NCBI GenBank assembly: GCA_049322915.1
Contig: JBMOPW010000007.1
Span: 276,246 to 340,245 of the forward strand
Direction: 5' to 3'
DNA: 64,000 nucleotides
Source of the DNA: Candidatus Zhuqueibacterota bacterium
Lineage (GTDB): Bacteria; Zhuqueibacterota; Zhuqueibacteria; Thermofontimicrobiales; Thermofontimicrobiaceae
Below, piece after piece: positions 48,105-57,862 of this stretch (position 1 is the first letter of the stretch; the number at the start of each line of letters is the position of its first letter). The position numbers and the translations under genes are program-made. The notes beneath the pieces are model-generated. The model ran no database searches and was not told the origin of the DNA. It saw only the letters and a list, made by a program, of their open reading frames with translations.

Positions 48105-48133
48105 AATATAGTAGATTCTATTAAATTATGCAA
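48105..48133 (-). promoter_or_regulatory. Putative sigma70 promoter TTGCAT-N17-TATATT for the ampG-like gene
   Basis: 17-bp spacing, about 80 bp upstream of the start. Confidence 0.5.
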
Positions 48134-48274
48134 GAGAATTGTCAGTGTTCACGAAGCGGCTGGTGAGAGATTTGGTATGCGCCGGCTGCTTCCGGACTTT
48201 GCGCAATAATAGGGGAGAACGGTTGGCAATAAATTTTCGGAATGCGACGAGTTCGACAGGCATGATTATAAACG

Positions 48275-48307
48275 AAAAAGACCGCAGGCGATGGGCCCAT
48301 GCGGTCT
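48275..48307 (-). terminator. Intrinsic terminator after the DUF151 gene
   Basis: AGACCGCA/TGCGGTCT stem followed by a T-run on the minus strand. Confidence 0.7.
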
Positions 48308-48339
48308 GAATATATTTTCACGTCATTGACGAAAGTGGG

Positions 48340-48912
48340 TTATGTCTGGTGTCGCTCGTTTTTCAGTCCGATAATTTCGTCGCGAATTCGCGCGGCATCT
48401 TCGAATCGTTCTTCGCGTACTGCTTTTTGAAGCAGGATGTTCAACTCTTCTAACTGGTCGACATCGCTGATCGGCCGCTCCACTTCGCCGATGATATCTT
48501 CCTCTGAAGGCTGTTCCAGCACGGCGGCGCGTTTCATCACGCTCTCCTCGACGTAGATCGGCGCCTGCATTCGCAGGGCCAGGGCGATGGCGTCGCTGGG
48601 ACGCGCGTCGATGTCCTGGGAAGCGCCGTTGCTCTTCAGGCTGATGGATGCATAATAGGTATTTTCACGCAAATCATTGACGACAATTCGGGTCACCTGG
48701 ACTTTGATGGAATTGAGCAGGTTCTTCATCAGGTCATGTGTCAGGGGACGAGGCGGGCTAATTTTTTCAAGCTGTAATGCAATCGCCTGGGCCTCTGTCG
48801 ATCCTACCACAATCGGGAGCCAACGACCATGGATGTCGTCTTTGAGAATGACGACAAATCGGTTGGTGGATGTGTCTAAGGTGACTCTATCTACTCTGAC
48901 TGCAACCAGCAT
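48340..48912 (-). CDS. Bifunctional nuclease (DUF151) with UVR domain
   Basis: LPIVVG..EAQAIA, RPLTHDL, DARPSDAIALALR, EERFEDAARIRDEI. Confidence 0.92.
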   Translation of the reverse strand: MLVAVRVDRVTLDTSTNRFVVILKDDIHGRWLPIVVGSTEAQAIALQLEKISPPRPLTHDLMKNLLNSIKVQVTRIVVNDLRENTYYASISLKSNGASQDIDARPSDAIALALRMQAPIYVEESVMKRAAVLEQPSEEDIIGEVERPISDVDQLEELNILLQKAVREERFEDAARIRDEIIGLKNERHQT

Positions 48913-48999
48913 GTGATGATTCCCTCCTCTCCTGTAAAAGGATACTCTCAGGCCCAAAAGTGCGGCATGCCCACGAATTTCCAGCTTTTTGGTTACTTA

Positions 49000-49028
49000 A
49001 TTATATAAAATTAATTGGCAACTGTCAA
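49000..49028 (-). promoter_or_regulatory. Perfect consensus sigma70 promoter TTGACA-N17-TATAAT
   Basis: Minus strand reads TTGACA gttgccaattaatttta TATAAT, upstream of the DUF151 gene. Confidence 0.85.
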
Positions 49029-49223
49029 GTGAAATTTTAAAAAAGTTTTGACATAAACCGGTGATAATTTTTTTGAAAAATGATCAGTTTGCACACCGGA
49101 GGGCTGACGATCCCCAACCAGGGAGAACTGTTTTTCAATTGTAAACAATGTCATTGCCAGGCACACGGGAAATGCCGGTACGTTCATCAGTTCGGGACGC
49201 TGCCAGCCCAACATCGCGGAGGA

Positions 49224-50123
49224 TTATTTCTCTTTTTTGGCGATTGAAACCAGCGTTGGCGTCACATCCACCAGCGAGTTGATGGGCTCAATGATTTTCT
49301 CTTTCAGCGGTCCCCAAACCATGAGAGGCACCTTGTTGTTAGTGTGCGTTTTGACGCTCAGATCTTCGATATTGCCGTGATCGCTGGTGATGAGCACCGT
49401 GGTGGTTGTCAAATCGGTATGGTTGAAAAAGGCGTGAAGAAATTGTTCAATTTCAAAAAGCAGCGTCACTGATTTGGACCTGTGCTGGGCATGCCCGGCT
49501 GTATCGGTCTTGAAATATTCATACAGGCAGAAATCGTACTGCTGGCTGCATTGAACCAGTATTCTTCCGGCGGTTTCAGGCGTGAATTCGGGTACATTGA
49601 ATCCTTTGCGGAGCAACTCGTGATTGGTAAAATCATGATAGATTGCCCGCTTGGCGCGCAAATCATCGAAGCTGAAGAAGGGCAGACCGGCTTTCCAGTT
49701 CGCAATGCTGGTTGTGGAAAGAAACCGCAGCAGCGCATCCGGACCCATCTTAAAAAAAATCGGTCGATAGACATTGATGAATGCCGCGCGCTTTCCCTGG
49801 TCTTTGAACTGTTTCAGAATGGAGTGTTCCGCCAGCACGGCGCGAAGCTGGTTATTGGGGAAACCGCTCAAATGTTTCCCGATGAGGCGGGATGCATTTT
49901 TTCCGGTGAACAGGGCTGTTTGTCCTGTGGCGCTTTGGGGTAAACCATCGACACCCAATTGCGCATCGATTGGCTTCACCAGCCCGCTGTAAATGGTCGC
50001 TTTGGGATAGGAGTCGGTGGTGAAATGATTGAAAAATTGCAAGCCGGGAACGGCGCAGGGATTTTTCGCGTTATCGTCAGCGCCGATTCCGAGTCCGTCA
50101 ATGAAAATGAATACGATCCGCAA
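49224..50123 (-). CDS. Alkaline-phosphatase-superfamily metalloenzyme (phosphoglycerate mutase/phosphopentomutase-like)
   Basis: FIDGLG, GLPQSATGQT, TDTAGH, TSDHGNIED, HT.N.VP. Confidence 0.85.
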   Translation of the reverse strand: MRIVFIFIDGLGIGADDNAKNPCAVPGLQFFNHFTTDSYPKATIYSGLVKPIDAQLGVDGLPQSATGQTALFTGKNASRLIGKHLSGFPNNQLRAVLAEHSILKQFKDQGKRAAFINVYRPIFFKMGPDALLRFLSTTSIANWKAGLPFFSFDDLRAKRAIYHDFTNHELLRKGFNVPEFTPETAGRILVQCSQQYDFCLYEYFKTDTAGHAQHRSKSVTLLFEIEQFLHAFFNHTDLTTTTVLITSDHGNIEDLSVKTHTNNKVPLMVWGPLKEKIIEPINSLVDVTPTLVSIAKKEK

Positions 50124-50288
50124 GAATTATCCGTCGTTTTGTGTGATGTTGATTCAGGATCCGATTTGTTTGGGAATGAATAGTTCATTAACGTTGAGCG
50201 CAGCGGACCGAGCTATATGAAGCAAGGGCGGCAGGTCATCCCCCCGGACCAGGCAGCCTGCACTCAAACGCATGCCGGACATTGTCCG

Positions 50289-51899
50289 TCAATACAGCGA
50301 CTGAATCGATGTATTTTGATAATAGTGGTTGAGTATCTGTTTATAGTTCTGGCCTTTGAGCGCCATCATGGCCGCGCCGGTCTGGCACATTCCGACACCG
50401 TGTCCCCAGCCGGCGCCTTTGAAAATAAAGTCGTTTCCGTCCCTGTCCACGACGAAACAGGAACTGTACAAATAGGTGGGGGAGAGCGCTCGCCGAATTT
50501 CCAGTTCCTTTTCGATGACGATGGTCCTGACCGAACCGCGAATCTCTATTTTTTTCAGTCGTCCCGAAACACCCCGTTCCAGCGGGACGATCTGATTGAC
50601 GCTGCCGATGGTCTGGCCGGTTTTCTCGGCGATGATGCGACTCAATTCATCCCGTGTATATCGCGCCTGCCAGCGAAAATATTTTTTGGTGTAATTGAGA
50701 ACTTCGGGCACTTCGCCTCTGGTGGTGTTGCAATAGACATCCGGGCTGCTTTCGATCCACTGGCGGACACGGTTTTCGTCCTGCAGAAAATCCACCGGCA
50801 GCCGGCCGCTATAGGGCGAATCAAACACGCCGCGCAGGAAAGGCTGCGCATCGCCGTTCCACACATTTTCGTTGTGCTCGGAATGACCACCGCAGACGCC
50901 GGCGTAGAACGCTTCGCAAATGGCGCCCTCGAACATCAGCACCTGGCCTCGCGTTTGGGCCACGGCTTCATTGATCAACGGCGATTCCTTTTTCACGCCG
51001 CCATACACATGGCAGTGAACTTCGTCGCAGAGATCAAATGGCTCCAGCCGATGCTGTTTGCCGATCCGGGACAGGGAAAAGCCACGGGCGGTGACGGCCT
51101 GTGCTTTCAACGCTTCCAATGGAAATTCCGGATGCATTTCCGAACCGACCACGCCCTTCAAATATTCCTCCATCGGGAGGATGTTGACGACGGTGATTTT
51201 CCCGAAACGATCGAGCCAGAATTCTAACTGCCCCTTGTAGCTGCGCTCGGCATCGCCCTCGAAATGATAGCCTTCGCCGGTCTTGACCTGAATGGTGAAG
51301 AGGTTGCCCCGAATGCGGATGAATCCCTGGGACGAGAAGCGCTGGCCAGTCGCGTCATTGGTCAGGACGATTTCGCCAGCCGGCCGTTTTTCGAGGAAGA
51401 TGAGAATGGTCGTGGCCACCTTGTTTTGAATCGATTGCTGGTAGCTTTTAGCCGCGGGCTCAGAATCGAATACCGTGTTCAGCAGAACCTGATACGAGGT
51501 GACCGGGCCAAATTTCCCCTCGCGGAAAATGTGTTTGGTCACCGTATGGGTGATGGACGCGAAGCCAAGCTGCTTTAGCTCCGCGACCAGCCGCTCAGCC
51601 ACTTCAGGATAGAACACTTCGCGATACAGCAGGCCGTAGCGGAGATTGGTTGGCGTTGCATTTTCAACGGAGACATGCCATTTTGCGGCGTTCTGACCCT
51701 GGCTGATTTCCTGTTCGTATTGATCGAAAATGTCGATTGGGCCATCCGAGATGAGCGAGATGCCATCCTGCTTTTCGACAATGCCGACTCGAATCGTCGG
51801 GCCTTTGTCGGAGATGTAGGTGGGCAGGGGACCGATGGCGCACTGAAGCAGAATTGCCAGCAGCGCGTAGCCGATGAATAGGATGTATTTTGTTTTCAC
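50289..51899 (-). CDS. SpoIID/LytB domain protein (lytic transglycosylase)
   Basis: EEYLKGVVGSEM, EALKAQAV.AR, FDLCDEVHCHVYGG, GAGWGHGVGMCQ.GA, ILNHYY. Confidence 0.92.
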   Translation of the reverse strand: MKTKYILFIGYALLAILLQCAIGPLPTYISDKGPTIRVGIVEKQDGISLISDGPIDIFDQYEQEISQGQNAAKWHVSVENATPTNLRYGLLYREVFYPEVAERLVAELKQLGFASITHTVTKHIFREGKFGPVTSYQVLLNTVFDSEPAAKSYQQSIQNKVATTILIFLEKRPAGEIVLTNDATGQRFSSQGFIRIRGNLFTIQVKTGEGYHFEGDAERSYKGQLEFWLDRFGKITVVNILPMEEYLKGVVGSEMHPEFPLEALKAQAVTARGFSLSRIGKQHRLEPFDLCDEVHCHVYGGVKKESPLINEAVAQTRGQVLMFEGAICEAFYAGVCGGHSEHNENVWNGDAQPFLRGVFDSPYSGRLPVDFLQDENRVRQWIESSPDVYCNTTRGEVPEVLNYTKKYFRWQARYTRDELSRIIAEKTGQTIGSVNQIVPLERGVSGRLKKIEIRGSVRTIVIEKELEIRRALSPTYLYSSCFVVDRDGNDFIFKGAGWGHGVGMCQTGAAMMALKGQNYKQILNHYYQNTSIQSLY

Positions 51900-51918
51900 T
51901 TCATTCCTCTCACTGAAT

Positions 51919-52845
51919 TTATTTGTAACCGAATTGCCGCAGGTCCGAATCGTTGGTGCGCCACTTCTCTTTCACTTTGACGTACAGTTCCAAAAATACC
52001 GGCCGATCGAGCATTTCTTCAATTTCCTTGCGGGCCAACTGCCCCACCTGTTTGAGCGCAGCCCCTTTTTTGCCGATGAGTATTCCCTTCTGGGAGTTCC
52101 GCTCCACGATGATGGTTGCGCTGATGAAATCCTTCCCGGCTTCGCGCTCTTTGAATTCCTCCACCACGACTGTCGTGGAATAGGGTATCTCAGCGCTGAA
52201 TCGCTGGAACACTTTTTCGCGAATGATTTCAGCGACGAAGAATCGCTCCGGATGCTCCGTGACCATATCCATCGGGTAAAAGGGCAGGCCAGGCAACAGA
52301 TTCTGAATGAGCACTTGTTTCAACTCATCCAGCCCGTCCAGTTTGAGCGCAGAAATAGGCACGATGGTTTGCAGTGAAAATCGGGTCGAATATTCCTGCA
52401 TCAGCGGCAGCAACCTGTCTTTCTCGATGGCATCGACCTTGTTGATGACCAAAACCACTGGCTTCCTAGCGGCGATCAGGTCGGTCAGGATCGACGCATT
52501 GGCCGACGAAACCTTCGCTTCCGGTTCGACAAGAAATAGCAGCACATCGGATTCTTCAATGGCTGATTTGGCCGCCTGAACCATGGTTTCCTGCAATTTA
52601 TATTTTGGAATGAGCAGTCCCGGCGTATCGAGGAAAATCATCTGAAAATTCTCCTCGCTCAAAATGCCCAACACCCGATGCCGCGTCGTCTGCGGTTTGG
52701 GCGTGACGATGGATAGCTTTTGCCCCAACAGCGCGTTCATCAGGGTGGACTTGCCCACATTGGGTCTGCCGATGAGCGCAATGTACCCGGATTTGAACGC
52801 GGCCGGATCGATGGCGGCTGATGGTGTCATGTGATCATCATTCAT
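51919..52845 (-). CDS. era: GTPase Era
   Basis: GRPNVGKST, PQTTR, DTPG, NKVD, KH domain IGKKG. Confidence 0.97.
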   Translation of the reverse strand: MNDDHMTPSAAIDPAAFKSGYIALIGRPNVGKSTLMNALLGQKLSIVTPKPQTTRHRVLGILSEENFQMIFLDTPGLLIPKYKLQETMVQAAKSAIEESDVLLFLVEPEAKVSSANASILTDLIAARKPVVLVINKVDAIEKDRLLPLMQEYSTRFSLQTIVPISALKLDGLDELKQVLIQNLLPGLPFYPMDMVTEHPERFFVAEIIREKVFQRFSAEIPYSTTVVVEEFKEREAGKDFISATIIVERNSQKGILIGKKGAALKQVGQLARKEIEEMLDRPVFLELYVKVKEKWRTNDSDLRQFGYK

Positions 52846-52902
52846 AGCAATTGAGTCTCTCGAATTTTGTGCGAACCAGGCGCGTGCAGCGCGCCAACGC
52901 CG

Positions 52903-54336
52903 TCAATAGGCTTTGGCGCATATCACCCGCTGTTTTGAGGGCGCGCCACAGATCAGGCATGTGCCATTTTCCCTGTAAGGATTATTGAGCGGAATGCCGC
53001 GAATGGTCGCTTTGGTCTCTTCCTGCATCTGCTCTTCGCAGCGCGTTTCACCGCACCAGTGAACCCAGTAAAAACCGCCGGGCTCCTCAATCTTGGTTTT
53101 GAATTCCGCGTAGTCGTCAATCAGATGCGTGTTCTCGTCGCGGAATTTCAACGCCTTTTTGTACAGGTTGAATTGAATGGCATCCAGGGTCTTTTCGATA
53201 GTCGCTGTCAACTCGCCCACAGGCACGGCGGACTTTTCACCGGTGTCGCGCCGAACCATCGTGACCTGCTTTTTCTCGAAATCTTTGGGGCCGATTTCCA
53301 ACCGAAGCGGCACACCGCGCTGCTCCCATTCATTGAATTTCCAGCCGGGACGATAACCTTCGCGATCGTCAACTCGGAAGGAGAATTTTCCATTCCACGA
53401 GATGGTGATCTGTTCCACAAAAGCCAGAATGTCGTTGCGCTCCTGATCGCCTTTGAAAATGGGCACGACGACGACCTGAATGGGCGCCAGTTTCGGCGGG
53501 AGCACGAGACCGCTGTCATCGCTGTGGGTCATGATAATGCCCCCAATCAGTCGGGTGGACACGCCCCAGCTTGTAGCGTAGACATATTTGAGTTTTTCAT
53601 CTTCATCCTGAAACGTCACATCGAACGCCTTGGCAAAATTCTGTCCCAGGTTGTGGGACGTGCCGGCCTGCAGCGCCTTACCATCCTGCATCATCGCTTC
53701 GATGGAGTAGGTATGGACTGCGCCGGCGAATTTCTCCCGCTCGGTCTTTCGTCCCTGAATCACCGGCATGGCCATAAAATCTTCCGCGAATCGGGTGTAG
53801 ACGTTCAAAATTTTGAGCGTCTCTTCTTCGGCCTGTTCCGCTGTGGCGTGGGCGGTATGGCCCTCCTGCCAGAGGAATTCGGTCGTGCGCAGGAAAAGCC
53901 TTGTTCGCATTTCCCAGCGCACCACATTGGCCCACTGGTTGATCAAAATTGGCAGGTCGCGATACGATTGAATCCACTTTTTGTACATGCTCCAGATGAT
54001 CGTCTCCGAAGTCGGCCGAATCATCAGCGGTTCCTCCAGCTTCTTGCCGCCGCCGTGAGTGACGACAGCGCACTCAGGGGCAAAGCCCTCCACATGCTCG
54101 GCCTCCTTTTTCATGAAGCTTTCCGGAATGAACAGCGGAAAATATGCATTTTCATGGCCGGTGGCTTTGAACATTTTATCCAGTTGCGATTGTATGTTTT
54201 CCCAGAGTGCGTATCCATTGGGACGAATCACCATGCAGCCCTTGACCGGTGAATAATCAGCCAACTGGCCGGCGGCAATCACATCCGTGTACCATCGTGA
54301 ATAATCTTCCTCGCGTGTCGTAAGTCGGTTTGCCAT
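52903..54336 (-). CDS. proS: Proline--tRNA ligase (eukaryote/archaeal-like type)
   Basis: [45 protein letters not shown]-terminal AKAY. Confidence 0.97.
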   Translation of the reverse strand: MANRLTTREEDYSRWYTDVIAAGQLADYSPVKGCMVIRPNGYALWENIQSQLDKMFKATGHENAYFPLFIPESFMKKEAEHVEGFAPECAVVTHGGGKKLEEPLMIRPTSETIIWSMYKKWIQSYRDLPILINQWANVVRWEMRTRLFLRTTEFLWQEGHTAHATAEQAEEETLKILNVYTRFAEDFMAMPVIQGRKTEREKFAGAVHTYSIEAMMQDGKALQAGTSHNLGQNFAKAFDVTFQDEDEKLKYVYATSWGVSTRLIGGIIMTHSDDSGLVLPPKLAPIQVVVVPIFKGDQERNDILAFVEQITISWNGKFSFRVDDREGYRPGWKFNEWEQRGVPLRLEIGPKDFEKKQVTMVRRDTGEKSAVPVGELTATIEKTLDAIQFNLYKKALKFRDENTHLIDDYAEFKTKIEEPGGFYWVHWCGETRCEEQMQEETKATIRGIPLNNPYRENGTCLICGAPSKQRVICAKAY

Positions 54337-54390
54337 AATACCTTTCTATCCTCCATTTGCTATTTTAATTGGGCCTGATTTCCTGAAAGG

Positions 54391-54524
54391 GTAACGATTC
54401 AGGTGACCTAGCTGAAGCATGGCGCTGGTTTAAAATTGTACTAACACCACGAGTTGTCGGGGTGTTCAAAAATCAACCAGCCAGCTAACCAGCCGCTTCC
54501 GGAATACGTGAACTGAGTCGTTAC
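54391..54524. mobile_element. 134-bp MITE-like element with GTAAC...GTTAC ends upstream of proS
   Basis: GTAACGATTCAGGTGAC / GTGAACTGAGTCGTTAC imperfect inverted repeats; flanks CTGAAAGG and CTGAAAGT (7/8 direct repeat). Confidence 0.55.
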
Positions 54525-54552
54525 CTGAAAGTAATAATTTCTCTGCGACTCT

Positions 54553-55422
54553 TCACTGCGGGCAAAATTGGGTCTCTTCAATTTGAGTTGTCTCTGTCGA
54601 ATAAATGCAATCATTAGGATCGGCGTAGTTTTTCAGGCAGAACAACTGGCGTCGGCGCTCCAACTGTGGCTTTGTCCTGTCGATGACATCCACCAGCATC
54701 CCCTGGTCGCAGTGATAACATTTCTGCGGCTGACGATCGAATGGAATCAGCGTATGCTGAATCACCAGTGCTTCGCTATTGGACCAGGCCGGGCGATTCG
54801 AGCGAAAGGAAAAGTCAATGGAATTCAGCTTTTTGAAAACGAGCCGCCCCTGATCCAGCGTCACTCGGGCGCGGAAATCCAATTCGTCCCCGGCTGCGAA
54901 GTTGAACCGCTGCTGCTGATCCGGGTAGATCACGGCGTAGCAATGATCTTCCCAATGGCTGCGGTCAATGAACGACTCGTTGAAATGCAGGAGATAGCCC
55001 TTCAGTTCCAGCCGCTCGCTGCGGTGCGTGATGATCTTTGTCAGCGCTGGCTTCACCGATGCGATTCTGCCCTGTATATCGATATTCCGATCGTGCAATT
55101 GTTCCAGCCAATCTTCGAACTCTCCCAACTGCTCCAGAAATTTTTCGTACTCCGCTTCGGTGATCAAAAGCACCGGCTGGCTGTGAATTTTAATATCAAA
55201 AAACTCGCGACAGCCGAAGCACTTTCGCCCAACGTGCTTGAACCCGCGGGTACAGCGCTTGCCCTTGTTGAGCAGATGGCAGCGCCACAGGAATTGGATG
55301 CATCCCTGGGGATAGCAATTCTTCTGTCGCAGCACATGAAAAACGGACACCCTGTTCTCGAATTTGGCATGCCCGATGGATTTGCACCTGAATATATTGA
55401 GTCGTTTGTATGGATTCAACAT
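54553..55422 (-). CDS. Hypothetical Cys-rich protein with a possible central OB-fold
   Basis: Co-oriented between hemW and proS; CxxC pairs (CFGC, CYHC) among 13 Cys; start at ATG 55422 inferred. Confidence 0.7.
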   Translation of the reverse strand: MLNPYKRLNIFRCKSIGHAKFENRVSVFHVLRQKNCYPQGCIQFLWRCHLLNKGKRCTRGFKHVGRKCFGCREFFDIKIHSQPVLLITEAEYEKFLEQLGEFEDWLEQLHDRNIDIQGRIASVKPALTKIITHRSERLELKGYLLHFNESFIDRSHWEDHCYAVIYPDQQQRFNFAAGDELDFRARVTLDQGRLVFKKLNSIDFSFRSNRPAWSNSEALVIQHTLIPFDRQPQKCYHCDQGMLVDVIDRTKPQLERRRQLFCLKNYADPNDCIYSTETTQIEETQFCPQ

Positions 55423-55537
55423 AGAAGCGATATTCAAAATATTCTTTTGGAAGTTGGCCGAAAAAATACAAAATATTTTTAAATAAATCAATCAAAATAA
55501 TGAACGGATGGGTCTCGCGCTGCCGGGGCGACCCATT

Positions 55538-56689
55538 TCATGGCGTCACAAATCGGCTGCAAATTTCATCGTACAGCACCAGCCCTTCCGGAGTCAGTGA
55601 AAAATGCTGAGGATCGAGCCGAAACAGAGGCGTCGGCGCATCAGCCCGGAGCGTTTCGATTGTTGTTTTGTACGCCGATTCAAATTCAATGCCGAACCGG
55701 CGCTTGAATTCCGGCAGATCGACGCCGTCTGTGGTGCGCAGGGACAGCATGATGCATTCGAATTGCTGCTGCTCCCGGGTCAATATTTCAGCCCCGTCAA
55801 CTGGGCGCACTCCTTGTTCAATCAGCGCGAAGTATTTCGGCACATCCGCGACATTCCACTGGCGCGTTGCCTGCCAGAACGAATGGGCCGAAGGACCCAG
55901 TCCCAGATACGGCGAGCCATCCCAGTATTTTTTATTGTGCCGGCACTCCTGTCCCGGTCGGGCAAAATTGGAAATTTCGTACTGGCGATAGCCCTGGGCA
56001 CTGAGCCGTTCGATACTGGTCAGATACATGGCGCGCTCCATTTCCTCGCTGGCTTTGTGCAGTTTCCCTGAATGAATTCGTCGGTGAAGCGCCGTGCCCG
56101 GTTCAACAGTCAGACAGTAAATCGACAGATGCTCCGGCGAAAATGTCACCGCGCGGTCGAGATTGGCCTGCCAGGAAGAGAGACTTTGCCCGGGAAGGGC
56201 GAAAATTAAATCCAGACTCAGGTTCTCAAAACCCGCCTGTCGCGCCCGGCCAATGGCTTGTTGCGCCCGGTCGCTATCGTGAATTCGTCCCAGCAGTTTC
56301 AACTCAATATCAGAAAAAGATTGCACGCCGATGCTCAACCGGTTCACGCCCATAGAACGGAGCGATTGCAGGTAATTCAAATCCACGGTCTCAGGGTTCA
56401 CTTCGAGCGTGATTTCGCCGGATTGAAGTGTGGGAAAACTCTCGTGAATCCGGGCGAGCATCGCCTCGATGGCGCGCGCCGGCAACACCGACGGAGTTCC
56501 GCCGCCGAAGTAGATCGTGCTCACCGGGGTTGCAGAAAAAACAGGGTGATTCTGATTCAACGCCATCTCCTGCATGACGGCGGCCAGATATATGTCGCTA
56601 TATTCCGGCAGAAATTTCTTCGAGAAAAAATCACAGTAGGCGCACTTTTTCAAACAATAGGGAATATGAATATAGAGCGCAGCTGACAT
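55538..56689 (-). CDS. hemW: Radical SAM heme chaperone HemW
   Basis: LYIHIPYCLKKCAYCDF, YFGGGTPS, YEISNFA, HNKKYW, YLGLGPSAH. Confidence 0.95.
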   Translation of the reverse strand: MSAALYIHIPYCLKKCAYCDFFSKKFLPEYSDIYLAAVMQEMALNQNHPVFSATPVSTIYFGGGTPSVLPARAIEAMLARIHESFPTLQSGEITLEVNPETVDLNYLQSLRSMGVNRLSIGVQSFSDIELKLLGRIHDSDRAQQAIGRARQAGFENLSLDLIFALPGQSLSSWQANLDRAVTFSPEHLSIYCLTVEPGTALHRRIHSGKLHKASEEMERAMYLTSIERLSAQGYRQYEISNFARPGQECRHNKKYWDGSPYLGLGPSAHSFWQATRQWNVADVPKYFALIEQGVRPVDGAEILTREQQQFECIMLSLRTTDGVDLPEFKRRFGIEFESAYKTTIETLRADAPTPLFRLDPQHFSLTPEGLVLYDEICSRFVTP

Positions 56690-56791
56690 GGGTCAAATAA
56701 AAGCCACGACTTGCCGCACAACCGGGACAAGCGTGGCATCTATCCTCATTCAAAATTCTTGGGTGCAGAAAAGCGACGACAACCAGATCCG

Positions 56792-57526
56792 TCAGCGAAT
56801 GATGTCTCCAATTCTCGTCCAGCGGATTTTTTTGTAGATTTTATAGAGCGGCACATTGCTATTCCACGACCAGTAAATGATCAGCGCCTGTCCCACCAGA
56901 TTTTCCTGCGGGAGAAATCCCCAGACGCGACTGTCGGCGCTGTTATCCCGGTTATCGCCCATGGCGAAAAGATGATCTTTGGGAACGGTGACCGGCCCAT
57001 AATTATCAAAATCCCGATTGAAATCTTCATAGCGGCGAATCACGTAGGATTTGCCGTTGTCCTTCGTGATGCGATAGTGAAGCACGTAATGCCCCTCGGC
57101 AGCATCGTACTCCTTCTTGACGAATTCGGATTTTCCCTCCGGTTTGCCATCGATAAACACCTCGCCACGCCGCACTTCCACAGTCTGGCCTTCCAGCGCC
57201 ATACAGCGTTTGATGTAATCCAGCTTTTCGTCCAATGGGTATTTGAAAACAATGATTTCCCCTTGCTTCGGTTCCTTGAATGACGGCAGTCTGAAATGGG
57301 GGATATTTACATCGATCAACGGAATGCGGTCCGGGGTTCGAACGCCATAAATGAATTTATTCACTAATAGAAAATCTCCGACAAGCAGGGTATCTTTCAT
57401 GGACCCGGTTGGGATGCGAAAGGCCTGGACAACCAGAATTCTCAGAATCATTGCAGCGATCAAAGCCACTAAAATAGCCTCCACGTATTCTCGGACGATG
57501 TTTTTCTGGCGCGGTTTTTTGGTCAT
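56792..57526 (-). CDS. lepB: Signal peptidase I
   Basis: IPTGSM.DTL..GD, DYIKRC, MGDNRDNSADSR.WG. Confidence 0.96.
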   Translation of the reverse strand: MTKKPRQKNIVREYVEAILVALIAAMILRILVVQAFRIPTGSMKDTLLVGDFLLVNKFIYGVRTPDRIPLIDVNIPHFRLPSFKEPKQGEIIVFKYPLDEKLDYIKRCMALEGQTVEVRRGEVFIDGKPEGKSEFVKKEYDAAEGHYVLHYRITKDNGKSYVIRRYEDFNRDFDNYGPVTVPKDHLFAMGDNRDNSADSRVWGFLPQENLVGQALIIYWSWNSNVPLYKIYKKIRWTRIGDIIR

Positions 57527-57601
57527 GTTTTACTCCGTAATAGTTCAATTTCCAAGTCAATCGAAACGATATAATGTCTGTCCGAAAACTGCTACTATTG
57601 A

Positions 57602-57633
57602 CCTCACCCCAACCCTCTCTTAAAAGGAGAGGG
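57602..57633. repeat. Palindromic intergenic repeat CCTCACCCCAACCCTCTC...GAGAGGG
   Basis: CCCTCTC/GAGAGGG stem preceded by CCTCACCCCAA, a widespread REP-like motif. Confidence 0.6.
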
Positions 57634-57862
57634 CGGACAGACTCGAAATAAATTCGGTGAAAAGACGAAATTGTGGTCAAAGAATGCTGGCTGAAATTGC
57701 CGAACGATTGTTTGGGAGGCCTGTTCGGAAACATACGTTCCAATCCATTCCCGGCGCTGGATGAATATCCAGCGCAATCGTGTGGCTATATAGTAACAGG
57801 CGATTTATTTCAACTAACAATGATATTTAAACTTTACTTCATGTTTTTTGTTCACGAAAAAA

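Noticed and set aside
50217..51227. 336-aa + strand ORF
   Set aside because: Antisense to the SpoIID/LytB gene.
53059..54252. 397-aa ORF on the + strand
   Set aside because: Antisense shadow of proS; no recognisable motifs.
54337..54552. T-box leader for proS
   Set aside because: No T-box consensus (AAGGTGGTACC-like) or antiterminator seen.
54568..55482. 304-aa + strand ORF
   Set aside because: Antisense to the Cys-rich gene, which fits the minus-strand operon and looks more protein-like.
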